64,000 nt of DNA from Vitreimonas sp. (GTDB taxonomy: Bacteria; Pseudomonadota; Alphaproteobacteria; Caulobacterales; Aquidulcibacteraceae): the NCBI GenBank assembly GCA_049287825.1, contig JBAQGO010000114.1, positions 1,538 through 65,537 on the forward strand. Direction: 5' to 3'. This document shows positions 45,588 to 54,534 of the stretch, one piece after another. Position numbers and translations under genes: made by a program. A model generated the notes under the pieces. The model was not told the DNA's origin and ran no database searches. It saw only the letters and a list, made by a program, of their open reading frames with translations. Position 1 is the first letter of the stretch. Each line of letters starts with the position of its first letter.

Positions 45588-45999
45588 GGTCCACAATTCC
45601 TCGAGCAGGCTTATTGCTCGGCGGCCCTTAAGATTGGCTAAGAGTGGCGCCAATCGTCCTCGCTCTGACGAGCTATGCCGCCGGGCCTAGTTCGTGGGTT
45701 ATGGCAGCTTGTCGTCTGAGCCGCGTGAGCCATGAACGCACCAGAGGCAGCAACCGCGGTCGCACCGCTTCTCATTTGCGCCGAACAGCACGTGCCCGTC
45801 TGTGGCCCCACCCGGCCGGCGCAATCCTTGAAGACGAAGCGGATCTGCGGAACCTTGCTCGGGACTTTGTTCCCGTCGAGCGATACCCAACTTCGCAAGT
45901 GCGCGCGCCTTGGTAAGTTCTCACTTTCAACGAATGTCACACGTCAGTGGCGATCGATATTGCGTGCTGAGCGATTCACGGCTTTGAGAAGGTCAACGA

Positions 46000-46404
46000 G
46001 TGCAAGCGAGGATCTCAGTGGCAGATGAGAGGGCAGTGAACGCCGTTGACCGGCGCCTAGGTGAGCGGGTGCGGGCAAGGAGGCTGCAAATAGGCCTGAG
46101 CCAAGAAAGGCTCGCCGATATTCTAGGCGTCACGTTTCAGCAGGTGCAGAAGTACGAGAAGGGCGTCAACCGTATCGCCGCCAGCCGGTTGTTCGACATT
46201 TGCGCCGCGCTCGATATGTCTGTCGCCCAAATCTTTGACGGCATCGGCGGTGCAAAAGGCAAGGGCGGCGAAGCTAAAAGCCTGATCAACGAGGTCTTGG
46301 CGACGCCCGAGGGCATGCAACTCGTCACACTGTTCGCCTCCGTCAAGAACCAAAAGGTGCGCCGTCGCGTCGTCGAGCTGGTGCGGTCACTCGTCGATGA
46401 ATAA
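46000..46404 (+). CDS. XRE-family HTH transcriptional regulator
   Basis: RLGERVRARRLQIGLSQERLADILGVTFQQVQKYEKGVNRIAASRL. GTG start in the track, start uncertain. Confidence 0.8.
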   Translation: MQARISVADERAVNAVDRRLGERVRARRLQIGLSQERLADILGVTFQQVQKYEKGVNRIAASRLFDICAALDMSVAQIFDGIGGAKGKGGEAKSLINEVLATPEGMQLVTLFASVKNQKVRRRVVELVRSLVDE

Positions 46405-46460
46405 TCCGGTGTCGGCTGAGGCCGCCGTCAAGGCGAGGGTCAGCCGTAGCCGGAGATTGC

Positions 46461-46640
46461 TCACTGCATTGGCAATGGAGCGTGCGGTTCAGGTCCATGA
46501 TGAAAAACCTGATCCAAGTTTTGAGTATCGAAGCGCTGGCCGCACACCGCGCACACGCGAAAGCGCGTGGCTTTTTGTTCGCTCTCGCGATTGGGCGGCG
46601 GGGGAAATGGCGGCAGCTGCGGCAACTTGGACACAGTCAT
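46461..46640 (-). CDS. hypothetical small Pro-rich CxxC protein
   Basis: 59 aa from the ATG (MTVSKLPQLPPFPPPPNRESEQKATRFRVCAVCGQRFDTQNLDQVFHHGPEPH). Confidence 0.35.
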   Translation of the reverse strand: MTVSKLPQLPPFPPPPNRESEQKATRFRVCAVCGQRFDTQNLDQVFHHGPEPHAPLPMQ

Positions 46641-46718
46641 AATTATAGCTTCGGATTGGCGTAGCGTCCGTTTCAATGTGCAGACATGGACCCCGGTCCT
46701 TGGAGGGCCCGGGTTCCA

Positions 46719-47205
46719 TCATGTGCAGCGCCGATCCACGTGCGCCCGCGACGTGAGCGCCTCGCTCCGTTGGCGCATTTCAAGCACGTCTTCGGGGTCG
46801 ACGACGGGCGCTGCGGAGGGGAGAACAACGCCACCGCGGCTGCGTTTTTTTCTGTGCTCGAAACGCATGCGGTCGATGGCGCGCGAGCGGGCTTGGTTCA
46901 TGATCCAGCCCAGCACAATGCCGTTCGCGGCATCGTGACTCGAAGCACGCCGCCAGACATCGTAAAAAAACGTCAAGTGTCGCCTCTTCGCCGACTTCTT
47001 GGTTTGCAATGATGCGCAAAATGTAGGTGAAGACCGGCCTGTGCGCGCGCTCGTAGAGCGCGTGTAAAGCACTCTGATCACCTGCGGCGACAGCCTCCAC
47101 CAGCACTGCCCATTCTTGCTCCGACGCCGGCGCATTTGCGTTCGCGTAGAGCACATCGGCGAGCGTGCCTGGCCGCTGGGAGCTGCGCCCCGCCATAGCC
47201 TTCAT
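46719..47205 (-). pseudogene. ECF sigma factor remnant: frameshifted in a T7 run and lacking region 4
   Basis: Region 2 is split between the frame of ORF 46780..47205 (ALHALYERAHRPVFTYILRIIANQEVGEEATLDVF) and that of ORF 46719..47156 (YDVWRRASSHDAANGIVLGWIMNQARSRAIDRMR). The switch is at A7/T7 46964-46970. No sigma region-4 HTH was found in any frame downstream. Confidence 0.7.
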
Positions 47206-47410
47206 ATTCCTTGACGCAGACCCACTTTGCCGGGTTTGTGCTGCCCCGATCAGGCGGGGGTTGTATCCGGTGTCAGCGCCGGGAACTGGAGCCTAGCCCG
47301 GCGCGTTGGGGCACGCGGAGTTTAGGGGTGCCTTGCGCGCTCCGGTGGGCGGTTTGAGCACATCCTGCTCCGGCCTGCTCACCCAGGCACGGGCCGGGGA
47401 GTTGCAATTG

Positions 47411-49594
47411 ATGTCAAATGTTCAAGAATTCCCTGGAGCCAGGCAGCTGACCGAGTTCGAAGCGCTCGTAGCCGCAGGGCCGAGCGTGCTCGAAGCCATG
47501 CCGGGGGGCGTCTATTTGTGCGACGCGGAAGGCTGGCTTGTCAGCTACAACGCAGAGGCCGCCGAAATCTGGGGGCGGGCGCCTGAGGTTGGCGCCGGTC
47601 GCGAGCGTTATTGCGGCTCCCTTCAGATTATCACGGCGGATGGGACCCGCATCAAACACGAAGAATGTCCGATGGCGGGCGCGGTGCTGCGCGGAATGAC
47701 CACGCGCAACGCCGAAACCATGGTCGAACGGCCTGATGGAACAGTGCGTTGGGCGCTCGTGAACGTGCGACCGCTGCTCGATTGGAATGGCGCGATCCAG
47801 GGCGCGATCAACTGCTTTCAAGACATTACCGCGCAAAAGCAGGTGCAGCAAGACCTCGCCCACAAGTCCCAGGAACTGGAAGACTTCTTCGATCATAGTG
47901 CGGTCGCGCTGCATATCGTGAGCAGTGATGGAATCATCCTCCGCGCGAACCAAGCCGAGCTGGATCTGCTGGGATACGGTGAGGCGGAATACGTAGGCCG
48001 TCACATCGCCGAATTTCACGCCGATGCGCCTGCGATCGGCGAAATTCTGCAACGCCTTTCTTGCGGCGAGCGCCTTAACCGCTACCCGGCGCGTCTGCGG
48101 GCTAAGAATGGATCGCTGCGCTACGTTCTCATCACCTCCAACAGCCGCTTCGAAAACGGCAAGTTCGTCAACACCCGCTGCTTTACAACCGATATCAGCG
48201 AACTGCGCGCAGCCGAAAGCGCGCGTTGGGAAAGCGAAAGCCGACTTGCGGCGACCTATGAGGCCGCCACCGTAGGATTGGCCGAAGCCGATGAAGCGGG
48301 ACGCTTGCTGCGCGTCAACGACGCGCTTTGTCGAATGCTCGGCCGGTCCCGCGCCCAGCTGCTCGACATGGGATTTCTTGACTACACCCATCCTGATGAT
48401 CGCGCCGATGACGCCGCCCAATATGCCCGCCAAGTCAAAGGCGATATCGAAAGCTACGTCATCCGCAAGAAGGCCGTCACCGGCGACGGCGATGTCGTCT
48501 ACCTCGATGTCTTCAGTTCATCGGTCAAAGACAGCGCAGGCCAATTTCGCTACGGCGTCCGCGTGCTGCAGGACGTGACTGAAGCGGCGCGCATGGAAGA
48601 ACGGCTGAAACTCAGCGAAAAGCACATGCGCGATTTGTTGGAAGCGCTGCCGGCGGCGGTTTACACCACCGATGCCGATGGACGCATCACCTTTTACAAC
48701 AAAGCCGCCGTCGACATGGCAGGACGCACGCCTCAGCCGGGTGACGAATGGTGCGTCACGTGGCGGCTCTACCAAACCGACGGCACGCCGCTTCCTCACG
48801 ACCAGTGTCCGATGGCCATTGCGTTACGGGAAAATCGCCCCGTGCGCGGCGCCGAGGCGATCGCGGAAAGGCCCGATGGCACGCGCGTTCCCTTTATTCC
48901 GTTTCCAACGCCGCTCCACGACGCAAACGGCAAACTTGTTGGCGCCATCAACATGCTGATCGACATCAGCGAACGCAAACGGGCCGAGAACCGCCAAAAG
49001 GTCCTGATCGATGAGTTGAATCACCGGGTGAAGAACACGCTCGCCACCGTTCAGTCCCTGGCCGCCCAGACCGCGCGCTACACGGATAGCAATGCTGAGT
49101 TCGTAATGCGCTTTGAAGCCAGGCTCATGGCCCTTGCGCGCGCCCACGATCTCTTGAGCCAACGCCATTGGGAAGACGCGCCCCTCGATATCCTCGTGCG
49201 AGACCTCACAGAGCCATTGGCGGCCGCGGCGCCTGGGCGCGTCACCATTGATGGACCATCGGTGAGCTTGAACCCGCGCGCGGCGTTGGCCGTGGCCATG
49301 GCGCTCAATGAGCTTTTGACCAATGCCGCAAAATACGGCGCTCTCTCTTCGGAAGCCGGATCTCTCGCCTTGCACTGGCGAATGGATGACGACGACGGCG
49401 TTTCCCGCCTCGTCATGTATTGGCGCGAGCGGGGAGGGCCCATCGTCAATCCTCCAACGCGCCGGGGTTTTGGCACGCGCCTCATGGAGCGGTGCATCCG
49501 AACCGATCTCGAAGGGAAATTTGACCTCGATTTCGATCCGGATGGCGTCACTTGCGTCATCTCAATTCCAATCGCGAGACAGCTGGAGGCATGA
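47411..49594 (+). CDS. four-PAS HWE sensor histidine kinase
   Basis: PAS1 (KHEECPMAGAV), PAS2, PAS3, PAS4 (PHDQCPMAIAL), then an HWE core (IDELNHRVKNTLATVQS, NELLTNAAKYGAL, GFGTRLME). Antisense ORF 47414..48433 is rejected. Confidence 0.9.
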   Translation: MSNVQEFPGARQLTEFEALVAAGPSVLEAMPGGVYLCDAEGWLVSYNAEAAEIWGRAPEVGAGRERYCGSLQIITADGTRIKHEECPMAGAVLRGMTTRNAETMVERPDGTVRWALVNVRPLLDWNGAIQGAINCFQDITAQKQVQQDLAHKSQELEDFFDHSAVALHIVSSDGIILRANQAELDLLGYGEAEYVGRHIAEFHADAPAIGEILQRLSCGERLNRYPARLRAKNGSLRYVLITSNSRFENGKFVNTRCFTTDISELRAAESARWESESRLAATYEAATVGLAEADEAGRLLRVNDALCRMLGRSRAQLLDMGFLDYTHPDDRADDAAQYARQVKGDIESYVIRKKAVTGDGDVVYLDVFSSSVKDSAGQFRYGVRVLQDVTEAARMEERLKLSEKHMRDLLEALPAAVYTTDADGRITFYNKAAVDMAGRTPQPGDEWCVTWRLYQTDGTPLPHDQCPMAIALRENRPVRGAEAIAERPDGTRVPFIPFPTPLHDANGKLVGAINMLIDISERKRAENRQKVLIDELNHRVKNTLATVQSLAAQTARYTDSNAEFVMRFEARLMALARAHDLLSQRHWEDAPLDILVRDLTEPLAAAAPGRVTIDGPSVSLNPRAALAVAMALNELLTNAAKYGALSSEAGSLALHWRMDDDDGVSRLVMYWRERGGPIVNPPTRRGFGTRLMERCIRTDLEGKFDLDFDPDGVTCVISIPIARQLEA

Positions 49595-49962
49595 ACGATC
49601 TCAGCGGGCGGCGAGTGTTGATTGTAGAAGATGAGGCAGGCGTTGCTCTGCTCATCGAGGACATGCTGCTCGAATTGGGCTGCGAAATCGCAGCCTCGGC
49701 CGCCAAGCTGGCGCGCGGCTGCGAACTGGCGCGAACCGTCGCCTGCGATCTCGCCATCCTCGACATCAATCTTGATGGTGAGCCAGCGTTTCCTGTTGCG
49801 CGAATTCTAGCCGAGCGGAAAATTCCTTTTCTGTTCAGTACAGGATACGGCTCCGCCGGTCTGCCCGATGAGTTCAAACAGCGCCATGTGCTCAGCAAAC
49901 CGTTTACGATCGAGCAGCTTGAGGCAAAGGCTGTGGAGACCCTTCGTGTGACGCCTGCCTAA
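49591..49962 (+). CDS. single-domain response regulator, FAT GUY type
   Basis: VLIVEDE, ILDINLDG, SKPF and PFLFSTGYG. The ATG overlaps the kinase stop (ATGA at 49591-49594). Confidence 0.85.
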   Translation: MNDLSGRRVLIVEDEAGVALLIEDMLLELGCEIAASAAKLARGCELARTVACDLAILDINLDGEPAFPVARILAERKIPFLFSTGYGSAGLPDEFKQRHVLSKPFTIEQLEAKAVETLRVTPA

Positions 49963-50117
49963 TTTAGTTCGCGTAGCCGGTTGTCGAGAGCAGTTATTGA
50001 GAGCTGGCTCAAAGCTCGTTTTGCATCTGTCACACGACCAGAACGCATTCGCCTTAACTAATCGCAAACCAGATGTGTTGGCGCCTGCTTAGGCATCTCA
50101 GTGTATGCTCACCCGTC

Positions 50118-50474
50118 ATGAGCGCTCTATGGATCGACGGTCTTACTTATGTCGGACCGTGCCGCCGCGGCGGACGTGCTGGTTTGCGGCTGTTTAACCG
50201 CCGGCGCAGCGCAGGCAGCGGGCCAGCGCCCTCGCTGAAGACTTTGATCCGCCAATTGCGCATGACCGAACTCAGTCATGCAGATGACGCAGCGCTTGCC
50301 CGCTTTCGCCTGCGCGTGCGCGCCGCCGCCGATCTGGCAGCAGCAAACCAAGAGACGCTTTGCGCCGCTGACTTGGCAGCGCTGAGCGTCCGGCTCGAGG
50401 CGGCGCTCGATGCGCGGGCGCTAAGCGGTGACGCCGCCGAAACGCTTGCACGCGCTGCGGCGCGTCTTCCCTAA
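50118..50474 (+). CDS. hypothetical small protein, paralog B of 34700..35059
   Basis: MSALWIDGLTYVGPCRRGGRAGLRLFNRRRSAGSGPAPSLKTLIRQLRMTELSHADDAALARFRL...CAADLAALSVRLEAALDARAL. Confidence 0.4.
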   Translation: MSALWIDGLTYVGPCRRGGRAGLRLFNRRRSAGSGPAPSLKTLIRQLRMTELSHADDAALARFRLRVRAAADLAAANQETLCAADLAALSVRLEAALDARALSGDAAETLARAAARLP

Positions 50475-50526
50475 GATCAATCCTGTGCAATCTTGTTGGC
50501 CTGGACATCGTGGGTTTTGGTCCACG

Positions 50527-52566
50527 TTAGGCAAGCTTGGCCGCGCAAGTCTCGACCTCCACCCCTTGCGGCAAGGGGCCGCTGCCGGGACGGCCCAACA
50601 GGAAGCCTTGACCGCGTTCGCAGCCAATCGCGGTGAGCTCCTGGGCCTGCTGCGAGGTCTCTATGCCTTCGGCGGTGACGCCCAATCCAAGGCTCTTGGC
50701 CAATTGCACGATGGTCTTGACGATGCTCATGGCTTCGCTGCTGTCGCCCATGTCGGTCACGAAAGATCGGTCGATCTTTAAGACGTCAAACGGCAGCTCG
50801 CGCAAGTGTTTGAGGCTCGAATAACCGGTGCCGAAATCGTCGAGAGCAATGCGCATGCCGAGGTTCTTCAGCGAGAGAAGCAGAAGACGCGCGCCATCGA
50901 AGTCGCAAACGAGCGCGTCTTCGGTGATTTCGATTTCAAGACGCGCCGGCGGAAAGCCGCATGCGGTCAAGACTTTCAAGAGTTTCTGCGGTAGCGCCGC
51001 ATCGCGCAATTGCGAAGGGGCGATGTTGAGCGAGAGCCTTGGGCGTTCGGGCCAATCAAGCGCCTCGGTGCAGGCGCGACGCAGAAGGTTGAAGGTGAGT
51101 TCGCCGATCAGCCCCGTCTCTTCGGCGACCTGGATGAATTGACCAGGTCCAACCAAGCCGCGCTTGGCGTGAGGCCACCGCGCCAGGATTTCGTAGCCCA
51201 CGACTTCGCCGCTTTCGAGCTGCACCAAAGGTTGGAAGTAGGGGATGATCTCATCGTTGCGAACGGCGGCCCGCAGTTCCTGCTCCAAGGTTGCCCGTTC
51301 AAGCGCACGTGCGTCCATGCCGGCTTCGAAAAAGGCAAAGCGTCCGCGCCCTTCTTCCTTGGCGCGATAAAGCGCCGCATCCGCTCGGCGCAGCAACAGC
51401 TGAGCCTCATCGCCGTCGGTTGGCGCAAGCGCGACGCCCAAAGTTGCGCCCACGCTGACTTCATGGCCCGAAAGCCGGATCGGCGCATCAAAGGTTGCGA
51501 CCATTGCCGACAGACGGCTCAAGAGCGCCTCATCGTCATCGCAGGCGAGCACCAGCACAAATTCATCGCCGCCGATGCGGGCGGCGATGCCGGTTTCGCC
51601 TGCCTCTTCGGTTAGCAGTTTGGCGATAACCACCAGCAATTCATCGCCGACGGCGTGACCGTAAAGATCGTTAACCGGTTTGAAGCGGTCGAGATCGACC
51701 ACGATGATCGCCAAGCGTTGATGGCGCCGCGACAGCATCTCGCCCAGCGCAATTTGTAGATGGCGGCGATTGGACAAGCCGGTCAAAGCGTCGTGTAAGG
51801 CCATGGCCGCGGCCTGTTTGGCGGCGGCCAATTCTGTTGCGGTGACGCGCCGGTCGGCGACAGCCACAAATACCGCCGCCAACAGGCCCGCAGCGGCCAC
51901 GACAGCGATGGTGATGGCGAGCGTCTGGGTGTCGAGCGCGTGGCTGGGGCCCATCACGCGCGGATCGAGTTCAAGCGTCAGAGCGCCCATGGCGGTGAAG
52001 TGCAAAGATACGATGGCGATCACCAAGAGCCCTGCGGCGGCGACGAGGCGCCAACGTGCGGGCGCGTGCGCGAAAGCCCAGAGGGCGGCAATCGAGAAGG
52101 CCGTACTGAAGAACCAGGACGCCACAACCAGGTCCAAGGCCCAGACCTGTCGGGCCGCGGCTTGGACGCTCACCATGCCGATATAATGCATGGCGATGAT
52201 CGCCAGGCCGAGAAGGGCGCCGCCGGCGATCTGCCCGCGCGCACCTGGCAAGCCATCGTTGAGTTTGAACGCGCCCCAGGCGCCAGCCACACAGGCCGCC
52301 GCTGACAGCAGTGTCAGCCCGAGATCATAGCCAATCGGCAGTCCGGGGTTGTAACCCAACATGGCGACAAAGTGCGTAGCCCAGGTGCCGCCGCCCGCGA
52401 GCAGCGCTGCGAGCATCAGCCAGTTGCGGCGGCTCGTGTCGGTGCTCTGAGCGAGGCCGCCCAGCACGAAGAAAACCCCCGCGCACGCGCTTGCACAAAT
52501 CGCCGCGGCCAACAGCACCAGCCACAGATTGTGATGTTCGAAAACGCAGGCGGCAACGCGGAACAT
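50527..52566 (-). CDS. MHYT-GGDEF-EAL membrane protein
   Basis: MHYT-type motifs in TM helices (WATHFVAMLGY, IAMHYIGMVSV, VSLHFTAMGAL), then RIGGDEFVLV, then an EAL domain (YEILARW, DDFGTGYSS, EGIET). Confidence 0.9.
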   Translation of the reverse strand: MFRVAACVFEHHNLWLVLLAAAICASACAGVFFVLGGLAQSTDTSRRNWLMLAALLAGGGTWATHFVAMLGYNPGLPIGYDLGLTLLSAAACVAGAWGAFKLNDGLPGARGQIAGGALLGLAIIAMHYIGMVSVQAAARQVWALDLVVASWFFSTAFSIAALWAFAHAPARWRLVAAAGLLVIAIVSLHFTAMGALTLELDPRVMGPSHALDTQTLAITIAVVAAAGLLAAVFVAVADRRVTATELAAAKQAAAMALHDALTGLSNRRHLQIALGEMLSRRHQRLAIIVVDLDRFKPVNDLYGHAVGDELLVVIAKLLTEEAGETGIAARIGGDEFVLVLACDDDEALLSRLSAMVATFDAPIRLSGHEVSVGATLGVALAPTDGDEAQLLLRRADAALYRAKEEGRGRFAFFEAGMDARALERATLEQELRAAVRNDEIIPYFQPLVQLESGEVVGYEILARWPHAKRGLVGPGQFIQVAEETGLIGELTFNLLRRACTEALDWPERPRLSLNIAPSQLRDAALPQKLLKVLTACGFPPARLEIEITEDALVCDFDGARLLLLSLKNLGMRIALDDFGTGYSSLKHLRELPFDVLKIDRSFVTDMGDSSEAMSIVKTIVQLAKSLGLGVTAEGIETSQQAQELTAIGCERGQGFLLGRPGSGPLPQGVEVETCAAKLA

Positions 52567-52698
52567 GGGTAACGAACCTTAACGGCGGCTGTGTGCTTTT
52601 TTGCGCGGCGCCCACGTTCAAGACTAAGCCAACAAGGCTTACATCCCCTTAGCGCCGGTCCAAAATTCGAGAGGCCGCATCGGCCTATGCCGTTTGCG

Positions 52699-53022
52699 CT
52701 AGCAAGCAGCCGCGCGCAAAGCCTTCATGTAAGCAGCTATCCCGCGTGAAAACGTCAATTGCCCCTCATCGGGGTAGCGCCTGATGAGGGCCCCTGTTTC
52801 AGGATCGACAAAGCTTTGTACAAAGCGCTGCGCGCTTTGATCGAGTTCTATGCGAAGAGATGGTGCGATGGGGGCTGGCAACGCGGCTGTCGCGGGCTCA
52901 CTGGCTTGAACGCCGGGGGCGCACGCTGCCTTCATCACGCTTGTCGCGATGCTCGGTTCCGGCTTGGATTGCGAGGGTCCAAAAGCAAAGCTCACAGACG
53001 GGGAGAGGGAAGCGATGTTCAC
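52699..53022 (-). CDS. FlaG-like small protein
   Basis: SLRIELDQSAQRFVQSFVDPETGALIRRYPDEGQLTFSRGIAAYMKAL fits the FlaG family pattern (x-F-x-xD...VVD.ETGEVIRQIP.EE). Proposed GTG start at 53022 overlaps the upstream stop (GTGA). An alternative ATG is at 52935. Confidence 0.5.
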   Translation of the reverse strand: MNIASLSPSVSFAFGPSQSKPEPSIATSVMKAACAPGVQASEPATAALPAPIAPSLRIELDQSAQRFVQSFVDPETGALIRRYPDEGQLTFSRGIAAYMKALRAAAC

Positions 53023-54194
53023 GCCACCGCCTCGAGCGCCGGTCGCCGCACGGGCGTTGCTGTCGCGCCAACGTCGCGCAGACTTGGCCAAAGCGCTTCT
53101 CCGCTCGCGAACCAAAGATCGCTGAAGCTTGCGAGATCGAAAAAGCTTTGAGTGGTAAAGCCGTGCACCATGGGCAAGAGGCCTTGCCGGCGCAGAACCT
53201 GACACGAACTGTGGATCTGGTTTAAGGCGCCCCGCAACGATCCGCTTGGCCCGTTTTGGGCGAACGGCAAATGATAGCCCGCCGCCCAAACCCCAGCCGA
53301 TGCAATAGCGCTCAAAGCACGGTCGCTGTGGTGCAGGTCAAGAGCCACGCGCCCGAACGTGTTCTTCAGCGCGTGGCTCCATTCGCTCAGTGAAATGAGC
53401 GGCGTGCCCGGCGCGACTTCAGCAATGGTGATGAACATGCGTCCCTGCGCTGGGCTCGCATTGGCCCCAACATGCTCAAGATATTGTTTGCGCGACCGGC
53501 GACTTTGCATCGTGGTCGAGTGCACGCTGACCCCGATAGGGGCGGTCTGAGGGCGCTCGCTTGCAGCACAAGCCTGTTCAAGCAAACAGAGATCGAGATC
53601 CAGGTAATCGGTGTCGCGGTGAGCGGCTTTGTCCAAAAACTCCGCCGCATAGCCCATGCGGGCCGGCGCATCGGCGAGTTCGATCAAAGGGGCGCATTGA
53701 TAGGCCGCGACCGCATGGCGATGCGGAGACCAAAGCGGCCAGAAGCGGCCGAGCATGAGATCATTGCGGTCCGGTAGCGGGCGTTTGCCGGGGATGGTTG
53801 TGGAGACCAAGCCCGCAAGCTCTGCTGCCGATGCGCGTTCCTGGCGAATTTCGGCGCGCAGTGGCGAGAGCGCGTCTTCGCCCAGATAGAAAGCGATAAG
53901 CGCGTCATGGATTTCCGCACACCGGCGCTTTGTGTGTTCTGCGGCCGCGTCGGCGAAAACGACCAGAAAGCCATCGCCGCAAGCAACGACCGCGTCCTCG
54001 GGCCCGATGCGCCCGGCAATGATTTTGATTGAACGCTCGCGCACATATTCGCGCATGCGCGGCCAGCGCGAACCCGCCGCTTCGCGCACCTCGTCGAGTC
54101 CAATGAGCTTGACCTGCGCGGTCTCGATGAGGCCGCCGTCACGCGCCGAGGCGCGCACACGCGTGGCAAGACGCTCGATTTCTGCACTTTGCAT
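53019..54194 (-). CDS. degenerate GGDEF-like plus degenerate EAL-like protein
   Basis: The N-terminus VKLIGLDEVREAAGSRW...ACGDGFLVVFAD has GDGF in place of GGDEF. The C-terminal EAL-like scaffold lacks catalytic residues (AAYQCAP for EAL, ALDLHHSD for DDFGTG, HGFTTQ for EGVET). The ATG at 54194 is preceded by GGAG. Confidence 0.55.
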   Translation of the reverse strand: MQSAEIERLATRVRASARDGGLIETAQVKLIGLDEVREAAGSRWPRMREYVRERSIKIIAGRIGPEDAVVACGDGFLVVFADAAAEHTKRRCAEIHDALIAFYLGEDALSPLRAEIRQERASAAELAGLVSTTIPGKRPLPDRNDLMLGRFWPLWSPHRHAVAAYQCAPLIELADAPARMGYAAEFLDKAAHRDTDYLDLDLCLLEQACAASERPQTAPIGVSVHSTTMQSRRSRKQYLEHVGANASPAQGRMFITIAEVAPGTPLISLSEWSHALKNTFGRVALDLHHSDRALSAIASAGVWAAGYHLPFAQNGPSGSLRGALNQIHSSCQVLRRQGLLPMVHGFTTQSFFDLASFSDLWFASGEALWPSLRDVGATATPVRRPALEAVA

Positions 54195-54534
54195 GCGCGG
54201 CTCCTTTTTTGGATGCGCAGCTGCAATCAAACCGCATCGAGGTCTGTGTCAGGTTAAAATTTGCACGGAAAGGTTGTAGTCATCACGGCCTAGCACCGAG
54301 GCCTAGGCCGTTCGTCGAGCCCTTCATGATAATCACCCGGATCATGTGTTGTTGACGCAGATCGACACGCGAAATACCGCTCTGCCGTTCGCACTATTGC
54401 GTGTGCACTAGTGCTTCTTAGTTCTGCCATTTACTGGCGGACTTAACCTCGCTGAAGAAGACGTCGTCGTTTGATGCGCGCGCACAAATAGCTGTGGGCT
54501 GCGCATTGCGCCAGGCGATGGAGAGCGATCCCGT

